Positions 7,117 through 14,824 of a DNA stretch of 30,631 nt are shown here, one piece after another. Each line of letters opens with the position of its first letter. The stretch's first letter is position 1. Both the position numbers and the translations under genes were made by a program. The stretch is taken from IMG/VR virus record IMGVR_UViG_3300045988_175865, positions 118,001 through 148,631 of that record, one strand, 5' to 3'. Source of the stretch: a virus. Under the pieces are notes generated by a model, which was given only the letters and a program-made list of their open reading frames with translations, did no database searches and was not told the DNA's origin.

Positions 7117-8831
7117 TTAAATACGAATTTTTTATTTAAAATTACATAACCTTCTACTTGTTTACCTTCAATTCTTTTTTGGCACTTTTTAACGTCGTAG
7201 TATTTGTCAATCTCAGTAGCTTTAGGAGCTGTAGTAATTCCTGCAACAGTATAAGCATCTTTTATATACTTCTTAATATCTGCATTAGAATATCACATTC
7301 CAAGGCTTAAATGCTCATTTAATTTCTTTGCAGCTTTGTTATCTGTAGATTTATTAGAAGCTTTGAGTAATTCATCTTTAATTGCGCTAATGCAATACTT
7401 TAAACTTGCCATTTTCTCAAATCCGAGCTTTGTAATAGCATCCATTAACCAAGGATATTTAATCTTAGCATTATCTAAGATAGGAGTTGCAAATCTATAT
7501 TTTACTTCCCATTCAGCTCTAACATCTTTAATAAGCTCTTTAAATGGTTTGGTATCTGAATCAAAGTCAATCTTAATTGAATTATCCTCGCATTCTACAA
7601 CCTTTTTAAAGCCATTCTTTAAATACTCATTATTAAGATTAGTTCTAATTGAATATAAACCTCTTGTAACCTTGAAGTTAAATATATCGACTTTAGCCAT
7701 ATTAGGATCAAACGTAAAGGTATAATCATCATTTACTTGAATATAAGTATCACTGGTAAACTCTTTAAGTTTCTTTCTTGCAACTTCTGGCATTGCATTA
7801 TAAGCCTCAACTGCAATTTTAGTCTCTTCGATATTCTGGAGATTCTTCTTTCTAAAATCCTCATAAGATACCTCAGCGTATCTTGTTGCAGAATATAAGT
7901 GAGTAATCCAATTTAAATACTTACTATTTCTAATTCTACCAGCAATCTGCTGAATTGAAGTTGAAATATCAAGTAATGTCTGAGCTTTCTGAGCATCCGA
8001 AACTACTACAATACGTCCATTTTCATCATAAATATCAGAACCTTCAAATACTGTAGAAGTTAATAAGTTGATCTTTTTAGGTTCATCTAATACAGTAGAG
8101 TTCTTAATTGTAAGTTTAGTCTTGTTATTCTTTGAATAGATAACTCTTGTATTTGATTCATTTAATTTAGCCTTCTGAATAAGGTTCTTTATAAAGTCAA
8201 CTGAGTTAACAAAGATATATACATTACCTTCAACTTGATTATTTAAAACTGCAGTTATAAGTTTAATAGTTGAAGCCTCAACATTCTTACATTTAACAGC
8301 CTGAACTTTAGTCTCTATAACATCATCCCATTCTTGTTTTACTAATGGAAGATCTTTTAATTCATCAAGTACAAACTCTTCTTCAAGTGGAGTTGCAGTC
8401 ATAAAAGTATACTCTTTAAAGAGCTTATAGTTATCAAGTACAGGTTTAATAGCATCCTTTCTAAAGCTATACTGATTAAAAAGAATATGATATTCATCTA
8501 CTAATAAACTATAATCTTTAGGATTAACTGCTGAAATAACTTTTGGTAAAGAGTTATAAGTAACAATGATTTTAGGGCAATTAACTCGTTTTACATAATC
8601 TTTAATCTCTGCAATAGTTACTCCAGCAAATACACCGAAGATCTCTTCTGTACGTCTTTCATTAGGATACTGTTGAATCTTGTTCTCAACTAAACTGGTA
8701 AAAGGAACACAAATAACATAAGGCTTGTTACATTCAATAGCCATAGAAGTTCCACCACAACCAACTTTTCCTTTGTCAAATAAGCAGTTAGTAGGTAATT
8801 CATTGATTAAATTATTTAAATAAGTTTTCAT
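7104..8831 (-). CDS. SF2 (DEAD/DEAH-like) helicase, 575 aa including a 62-aa extension past an in-frame TGA
   Basis: Track ORF 7293-8831 carries LLVDEYH (motif II), MTATP (motif III) and QQIAGRIRN (motif VI). Motif I is atypical (GKVGCGGTS). The frame stays open through TGA (complement of 7293-7295) for 62 more codons, to the TAA complement at 7104-7106. Confidence 0.75.
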
Positions 8832-8989
8832 AATAGTAATTTTTAATAAGTTAATAAATTTTATATGTAACTTTTTTTATTTATCTTACTACAAAATATT
8901 AGTAAAAAAGTTACAGTAAAGATTAAAATTAAACTGGGAATTAATCCCAGCTCAATTTTCAATATGGAAGTAGTTTTAGTTTGATAGTA

Positions 8990-9021
8990 CAAAGATAATA
9001 CATAAAATTTCAATTTCCAAA
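8990..9021 (-). promoter_or_regulatory. Leftward promoter P-L1 (TTTGGAAA, 20 nt, TATCTTTG)
   Basis: The reverse complement reads TTTG-gaaattgaaattttatgtat-TATCTTTG, matching the Bacteroidota -33 TTTG / -7 TAnnTTTG consensus. About 150 nt upstream of the helicase ATG. Confidence 0.6.
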
Positions 9022-9078
9022 TAATTTTGCAATTATTTTTAATAAATTTTTTATTTATTATCTCTTACTTTCATAGTA

Positions 9079-9110
9079 CAAATATACAACATTATTTTTA
9101 AATCTCCAAA
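9079..9110 (-). promoter_or_regulatory. Leftward promoter P-L2 (TTTGGAGA, 20 nt, TATATTTG)
   Basis: The reverse complement reads TTTG-gagatttaaaaataatgttg-TATATTTG. It is a tandem copy of the P-L1 module, 89 bp further upstream. Confidence 0.55.
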
Positions 9111-9159
9111 TATTTTTATGAAAATAATTTAAATTTTTTTGAAAAAAGTTGTTAAAAAA

Positions 9160-9191
9160 TTTGGAGATTGGATAAAAATGTATTATCTTTG
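9160..9191 (+). promoter_or_regulatory. Rightward early promoter P-R (TTTGGAGA, 20 nt, TATCTTTG)
   Basis: TTTG-gagattggataaaaatgtat-TATCTTTG lies about 45 nt upstream of ATG 9237. It shares the 16-mer ATGTATTATCTTTGTA with P-L1 in inverted orientation. Confidence 0.6.
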
Positions 9192-9236
9192 TATTACAAT
9201 AAAAGACATAATATTAACAATTAAACTTTATAAATT

Positions 9237-9416
9237 ATGAAAACTAAACAAATTGAAGCACTTGAATATTTTCTTAATATATTAGATGGTAAGATTACTG
9301 AAGATGGTTCTATTGAGAAAGCTCAAGAATTATGTAATGAGGCATTAAAGGAGATTGAAACCAATGAAAAGGTAAAGAAATCCTCTTGGTTTTTTGGTTT
9401 AGGTATTTCTTTCTAA
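9237..9416 (+). CDS. Early hypothetical protein (59 aa)
   Basis: ATG 9237 to TAA 9414-9416. First ORF downstream of P-R. No family recognised. Confidence 0.5.
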   Translation: MKTKQIEALEYFLNILDGKITEDGSIEKAQELCNEALKEIETNEKVKKSSWFFGLGISF

Positions 9417-9427
9417 TATATTTAATT

Positions 9428-9667
9428 ATGAAAAAGATAAATAAAATATTAGCTGGATTATTAGTACTTAGCTTTATTATAGCTGGTATTAGAGTATATA
9501 ATGCTTATGGAGACTACCAAACTAAAACATTTGAGCTTAGATTAGAACAGGCAGAACTTCAGCATAAATTAGACTCTGTAATGTGGTATAATCCTGGAAG
9601 TTCAGAAGTATCTGAATTATATGAACAGTATTGTGATGTAACCTTAAAAATTCATAATGTAAGATAA
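9428..9667 (+). CDS. Early membrane-anchored protein (79 aa)
   Basis: ATG 9428 (internal Met of track ORF 9386-9667). The N-terminal segment KKINKILAGLLVLSFIIAGI looks like a signal anchor. Confidence 0.55.
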   Translation: MKKINKILAGLLVLSFIIAGIRVYNAYGDYQTKTFELRLEQAELQHKLDSVMWYNPGSSEVSELYEQYCDVTLKIHNVR

Positions 9668-10104
9668 TGAAAACAGATATAAGAAGTTTAGTCTTTATAA
9701 AGAATCTATTTAAAGATAAATATAATATAGAAATAGAATGATGTAAAGACGATTATTCCAGATATGATGGAACATTTACTTGGAATAATATAGACTATAT
9801 AATTGAAGTTAAAAGGAGAAGATTTAAATCAGATAAATATCCAACTACAATTATAAACAGGGATAAATTTGATATGCTATCAAGAAATAATTCTATATTA
9901 GTAATAATATTTGATGATGGAGTATATATATTTAAAGATATAAAACAAGCCTTTATAAAGGATTCTATGAAATATGGTTGTTCTACAACAGATTTTGGAG
10001 GAACTTATGGCTATTCATTAAAAACAGAGTTGTCTTTAAAGAAAGCCATTAAGATAGATGTAAATACAGAATTTAGTAATTATATAGCAAATGATAGCCT
10101 ATAA
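9667..10104 (+). CDS. Hypothetical protein, possible PD-(D/E)XK nuclease fold (145 aa)
   Basis: ATG 9667 overlaps the previous stop. TGA at 9739 is read as Trp. YDGTFTWNNIDYIIEVKRRRF fits a D...(D/E)xK pattern. Weak by-eye call. Confidence 0.35.
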
Positions 10105-10585
10105 AAGAATACTTAATTTTGAAAACTACCAAATTGGAACTGATGGCTCAATATGAAGTTTAAGAGCATCAGTTCCAAAGAGGTTAAAACCTCAAGTAAA
10201 AACTAATGGGTACTTTACAGTAACATTATATAATAAAAATTTGAAAAAGAAGTGTTATATACATAGATTAGTAGCTGAAACTTTTATATCTAATCCGAAT
10301 AACTATCCTTGTATAAATCATAAGGATGAAAATAAATCAAATAATAATGTAAGTAATTTAGAATGGTGTACTTATAATTATAATAATAATTATGGAACTC
10401 ATAATCTGCGAGCTGGATATAGTCATAAGAAACCAATACTGCAATTACTAAATGGAATAGTTATTAAAAGATGGGATTCAGCAATAGATGCTGAGAGAGA
10501 ACTAAATATACAATCTAGAAATATTGTAAAGGTTCTTAAAGGGCAGCGAAAAACAGCAGGAGGATATATGTGAACATATGAGTAA
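10091..10585 (+). CDS. HNH homing endonuclease with NUMOD4-like N-terminus (164 aa)
   Basis: NFENYQIGTDGSI-W-SL (NUMOD4-like), HRLVAETFISNPNNYPCINHKDENKSNNNVSNLEW (HNH core), C-terminal KPILQLLNGIVIKRWDS...RKTAGGYM-W-TYE. TGA at 10154 and 10571; TAA at 10583-10585. Confidence 0.85.
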
Positions 10586-10886
10586 TAACGAAATTGTAGA
10601 AAAGTACTATCCATTTATTATGGAACTTAAGCAAAAATTTGGTGCAGATGATGACTGTGTTCAAATGATTTTTGTAGAAATACTAGAGTATTCAAATCCA
10701 AAATTAAATCAGCTTGATAGCAAAAATGAATTGAAATTTTGGATTACAAGATTATTTAAGAATTATTGGTTTAGTAAAACAAGTAGATATTACTATACCT
10801 ATAAGAAATATTATGAGATTGTTAAAGAACCACTTGAACAACAAAATGACGAATTGGAGGATTGATTAAATGAAACGGAAGATTAA
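10578..10886 (+). CDS. Sigma-70 family region-2-like protein (102 aa)
   Basis: DDDCVQMIFVEILEY ... ELKFWITRLFKNYWFSKTSRYY resembles ECF-type sigma region 2 (the DLVQE and WL..I..N segments). TGA at 10863 is read as Trp; TAA at 10884-10886. Confidence 0.45.
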
Positions 10887-11115
10887 TATTGACGATTTAC
10901 TTACTGAGTATGAAATAGACTATAGTATGTTTACAAATATGGATGATAGACTATTAAGTATATATCCAAAATGACTTGAGCTTAATAAGGCAGATAAGAC
11001 AGTAATCATATTATATGCTAAATATCACAGTTATAGAGAAGTGGGAAAAATATTGGGAATTAGTCATACTACAATTCAAAGATTTATTAAACAAATAAGA
11101 GAGAGATTATGTTAG
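10870..11115 (+). CDS. Sigma-70 region-4-like helix-turn-helix protein (81 aa)
   Basis: LNKADKTVIILYAKYHSYREVGKILGISHTTIQRFIKQIRERL resembles sigma region 4.2 / LuxR-type HTH. It is a separate frame, with TAA immediately before its ATG. TGA at 10972 is in frame. Confidence 0.45.
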
Positions 11116-11438
11116 AATTATTTATAATAGCAGTAATAATAGTCTTTATAATTGATTTATCTGGGGCTTTGGATAGTTTTAAACATAGTATTTGAAAAAG
11201 ACTATTTAAAGGTATGCCTTATAAAGAAGATTGAAGACTAAAACCTTTAGATTGCAGTTTATGTATGACTTGGTGAATTGGATTAATATATATTCTTATT
11301 ACAAGTCAATTTTCAATTTTAATGGTTGGATATATTGCACTATTAGCATTTATGACTCCAATTATTAAAGATATTATGATATTATTAAAAGATGCATCTA
11401 CTAAGCTGATAGATGTTATATACAAACTTATTAATTAA
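11109..11438 (+). CDS. Integral membrane protein with a CxxC motif (109 aa)
   Basis: ATG 11109 to TAA 11436-11438, with TGA at three positions, including a TGG-TGA pair that reads WW. Hydrophobic N-terminus and centre; KPLDCSLCMTWW motif. Not in the standard-code track. Confidence 0.6.
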
Positions 11439-11527
11439 AAATTATATTTTATGGAAACAGAAGTTATTTATCACTACAAGAATGGAAAGTTAATTTCTAT
11501 ATTTACTTATACTAAAAAGTGCTAATT

Positions 11528-11863
11528 ATGAAACAATTAACAGAAGAGCAGTTTAAATATTTAAGAGGATTTGAAGATAGATTTGTAACTGCAACTAAGT
11601 CTAATTATTGCAGAAATGTACAAAAGCAGGATGTAATTAAGCTTAAAGAGATTTATGAATGTTTAATTGAACAAGAATATAGAATGAGCATAGCTTGTGC
11701 TACTTGTATACTTAATCTTATAAAGAGGATTGCCCCAATCTATTTTGAATATCAAGAAAAACTAAAGGAAAATGAAAGTAAAGAATCAGGAACTGCCGAA
11801 GAAAACAGGGAGGCCAAGAAAGGAAGAGGTAGAAAAGGAACAAATAGACGAAGTAAAGACTAA
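11528..11863 (+). CDS. Hypothetical protein (111 aa) with a basic tail
   Basis: ATG 11528 within track ORF 11519-11863. The last 92 nt overlap the TerS frame. Confidence 0.5.
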   Translation: MKQLTEEQFKYLRGFEDRFVTATKSNYCRNVQKQDVIKLKEIYECLIEQEYRMSIACATCILNLIKRIAPIYFEYQEKLKENESKESGTAEENREAKKGRGRKGTNRRSKD

Positions 11864-12224
11864 ATATCTTTATGCTGCAAGGTTATTTAACAAAGGATGG
11901 TCAAGGAATAAAGTAAGTGAAGAACTTCAAAGTAAATATAATGTAAGCCAATCAACGGCTGCAAGATATATTGGAGAAGCTTATAAGATAATTGCTGAAA
12001 AGAATGATAACCTTATAAAAAATCTTAGACATATACAATTATCAAGATTGGAATCATTACTGGATACTGCTATTAGTAAGGGAGATATTAGAGCTGCAAA
12101 TGAGATTATTAAGACTATAAATAGTATGTTTGGATTAAATCAACCTGAGACTATTGTAGCTATTCAGAATAATGAAGTCCAGTTTAAATTTGGAGATCCA
12201 ATTAACAATGACAAAAATATATAA
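11772..12224 (+). CDS. Terminase small subunit (150 aa)
   Basis: N-terminal GRPRK, HTH-like NKGWSRNKVSEELQSKYNVSQSTAARYIGEAY, helical C-terminus. Lies immediately upstream of, and overlapping, TerL. Confidence 0.6.
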   Translation: MKVKNQELPKKTGRPRKEEVEKEQIDEVKTKYLYAARLFNKGWSRNKVSEELQSKYNVSQSTAARYIGEAYKIIAEKNDNLIKNLRHIQLSRLESLLDTAISKGDIRAANEIIKTINSMFGLNQPETIVAIQNNEVQFKFGDPINNDKNI

Positions 12225-13455
12225 AGGATATAGCCCATTTATCTATCAATTAAAGGTACATACTGCTTTAGAGCACTCTTATAGGTCTGGAAAAATATTT
12301 ACTGTAAAAGCAAAGAGACAATGTGGTAAATCCTTTATGGCAGAAAATGAACTATTACGATTTTCAATTAACTATCCTGGAAGTATTAGCTGTATTGTTG
12401 AACCAACTCTTACTAACTCCAGAAAGATATTTAAAGAGTTAGTAAAGGCATTAGATGGCACAGATATTATTAAGAAAAAGAATGAATCTTTGCTTGAGAT
12501 TGAATTTACTAATGGGAGTGAAATACTATTTAAATCTGCTGAGCAAAAAGATTCATTACGAGGATTTACAGTTAGTGGAATATTAGTAATTGACGAAGCA
12601 GCTTATATATCAGATGAAGTATACGAAATTTTAACACCTATAGCTGATGTATGAAATGCTCCAATACTTATAATTAGTACTCCAAGGTTTAGAGAAGGAT
12701 TCTTTTATGAATGCTTTAAAAAGGGCTTTGATGGTAATTTTAGTAAATATTATCAATCCTTTGATTGAGCATTAGAAGATACTTCTATGCTGTTAAGTGA
12801 GGATAAACTTGAAATGTATCGCCTTACAACCTCCAAAAATAAATTTAGAACTGAATATCTTGGAGAGTTTGCAGATGATGATGGTTGCCTATTTAATAAT
12901 ATAGCTAACTGTATAATTGATAAAAAACCTGAATATCATAATCTTTATATTGGAGTTGACTGGGCTACTGGAAGTGGTAAAGACTATACTTGTGTTACTG
13001 CTTTAAATGAATCTGGGCAAATGGTCTTTATAAAGTATTTTAACGATAAAACTCCAACAGAACAAGTTGATTTACTGACAAATATATTCACTGAGTATCA
13101 AGGATTTATAAAGATAGTTCAAGTCGAACAAAACTCAATAGGTTCAGTGTTTTATGATATTCTTGTAAAAAGGAATCCTAAATTACGGATAGTTAAGTTT
13201 TTAACTACTAATAAGTCTAAGGCAGCTATTGTAAATAAGCTACAAGCGGCATTAGAAAACGAAAAGATTGGTATTTTAAAGGATGATAAACTATTAAATG
13301 AATTAAGACTATATGAAGCCAGTTACAATCCGAGAACTGGAAATGTAACATATAACGCACCATCTGGATTTAATGACGATACAGTAATTAGTCTTATGTT
13401 GGCATACGACTCTTTAAATAATACTAAAGGTAAATATAACTTAAAATTTAAATAA
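12208..13455 (+). CDS. Terminase large subunit (415 aa)
   Basis: Walker A-like KAKRQCGKS, Walker B ILVIDEAAY, and a C-terminal nuclease-like half (IGVDWATGSGKDYT ... FNDDTVISL). Track ORFs 12172-12654 and 12787-13455 are in the same frame, joined through TGA 12652 and 12766. Confidence 0.9.
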
Positions 13456-13456
13456 T

Positions 13457-14098
13457 ATGATAAAATCTTGGAAAGAAATGGATTTAAGTCATTATAAGAA
13501 ACTGACTGAATTAAAAAGTAAAGAATGGGAAAATGACTTAGAAATGAATATAGCTATGATAGCTATGCTATCTGATCAATCTGAAGAGGATATAATGAAT
13601 TTAGAGATTAAAGAGCTTCAGGAAAGAATAGATGCACTTGGCTTCTTAATTAATCCTTATAAACCTTCTACTCCTGAAAAAAGCTATTTAATTGGAGATA
13701 GAGAGTATCAAGTATTTTTTAATGTAAATAAAATGACAGCAAGTCAATATATCGACTTTCAGAATTTCTTTAAAGAGTATGATAATTATATGCCAAATTT
13801 AGCTGCTTGTTTCTTGCTCCCTAAAGGTAAGAAATATGGAGAAGATTACGATCCTTTAGAAGAAGCTGAATACTTAAATAAACATCTTACTGTTGATATA
13901 TTTTCAGACATTATGTTTTTTTTTGTAAAGTTATCGCAGCTCTCAACAATGAATTCCCTGTACTCTTTGGAAAAAGAGATGAAGAAGAGCCTGAAGAAAA
14001 CAAAGAACAAAGTAGAGAGAATAAGGATTCTAAGAACTTTGATTCAGACGAGACGGTTAATACTTTTACTCAAAAGTGGAATTGAATTATCTGAATAG
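13457..14098 (+). CDS. Chaperone-like protein, zero-frame product (213 aa); contains a T9 slippery run
   Basis: Track ORF. The N-terminal 155 aa (…MTASQYIDFQNFF…) resemble tail-assembly-chaperone-type proteins by eye. After T9 at 13916-13924 the zero-frame tail becomes low-complexity and basic. Confidence 0.5.
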   Translation: MIKSWKEMDLSHYKKLTELKSKEWENDLEMNIAMIAMLSDQSEEDIMNLEIKELQERIDALGFLINPYKPSTPEKSYLIGDREYQVFFNVNKMTASQYIDFQNFFKEYDNYMPNLAACFLLPKGKKYGEDYDPLEEAEYLNKHLTVDIFSDIMFFFVKLSQLSTMNSLYSLEKEMKKSLKKTKNKVERIRILRTLIQTRRLILLLKSGIELSE

Positions 14099-14241
14099 AT
14101 AAAGTTAGTGAAACTACTAGGTTAAATTGGCATCAAGTATATGATATGAATGTTAAAGAGTTCTTGAACTTAATATGCTATATAATAGATAAGGGCAATG
14201 AGGAAAAACGCCAAATAGAAGAATGAAAGAGACGTCATTAA
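13924..14241 (+). other. Minus-1 frame extension reachable from the T9 run (105 codons, three TGA=Trp)
   Basis: The -1 frame opens at 13882 (after TAA 13879-13881) and runs to TAA 14239-14241. It encodes CKVIAALNNEFPVLFGKRDEEEPEE...QKWNWIIWIDKVSETTRLNWHQVYDMNVKEFLNLICYIIDKGNEEKRQIEEWKRRH, which is protein-like. Confidence 0.45.
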
Positions 14242-14274
14242 AATTTAAAGTTTTTATTTTTCTTATACCTAAAA

Positions 14275-14293
14275 GTTACAAAAAAACTTGACA
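14275..14293 (+). promoter_or_regulatory. Conserved motif variant GTTACAAAAAAACTTGACA, copy 2 of 4
   Basis: Shares AAAAAACTTGACA with 1314-1326 and 23239-23251. Lies between stop 14241 and ATG 14333. Confidence 0.5.
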
Positions 14294-14332
14294 TTTAATA
14301 TCCAAAAATTTTCACAAATATATTTTAGAAAA

Positions 14333-14821
14333 ATGGTAGAACAAGAATTAAAATTTCCCAATTTAGAGGCACTATTAGAGAAATATGGAGATGTTATTAT
14401 ATCTTTATATAGACAGCAATTATTACAGTTAAATACTGATGCAACTGGTGCTTTAGGAAACAACCTTAATTATATAGTTGAAACACAAGATGGAGACTAT
14501 GAATTAAGTCTAGATTTACTAGACTATTGGAAATATGTGGAGGATGGAAGAGCAGCTGGCAAATATCCTCCACTAAATTCCATTAGATCCTGGATTAGAT
14601 CAAAGCGTATTGTTCCTCGAATGTATAATGGTAAATTACCTACACAAGAGCAATTAGCCTATTTAATAGCTAGAAAGATACATTTACAAGGTACAAGAGG
14701 AAAACACTTACTTTCTAACGCTTTAGACATTATGGAGAACAATTATATGCAAATCCTAGAAGAAAGTGTTACAAAAGATTTGCAATCACAAGTAGATAAT
14801 TATGTATTTAAAAATTTTTAA
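14333..14821 (+). CDS. Putative neck/tail-completion protein (162 aa)
   Basis: First ATG inside track ORF 14288-14821 (the TTG at 14288 is part of the TTGACA motif). TDATGALGNNL ... YWKYVEDGRAAGKYPP ... IRSWIRSK resembles HK97 gp10-like proteins by eye. Confidence 0.4.
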   Translation: MVEQELKFPNLEALLEKYGDVIISLYRQQLLQLNTDATGALGNNLNYIVETQDGDYELSLDLLDYWKYVEDGRAAGKYPPLNSIRSWIRSKRIVPRMYNGKLPTQEQLAYLIARKIHLQGTRGKHLLSNALDIMENNYMQILEESVTKDLQSQVDNYVFKNF

Positions 14822-14824
14822 AAT

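Noticed and set aside
7336-7725. A 129-aa plus-strand ORF inside the helicase region
   Set aside because: It is antisense to a helicase gene with clear conserved motifs. It is leucine/serine-rich and low-complexity, as expected for the reverse frame of AT-rich coding DNA.
8832-9236. Possible CRISPR array, tRNA or attachment site in the largest non-coding region
   Set aside because: The repeats here are three promoter-like modules in mixed orientation with unequal spacing, not a repeat-spacer array. There is no tRNA-like GC-rich arm structure. No integrase gene exists anywhere in the genome that could use an att site.
11451-11525. A 24-codon ORF (METEVIYHYKNGKLISIFTYTKKC) in the gap before gene 11528
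   Set aside because: It is too short to support from sequence alone and has no motif. It may be real, given the tight gene packing, but it is not reported as a feature.
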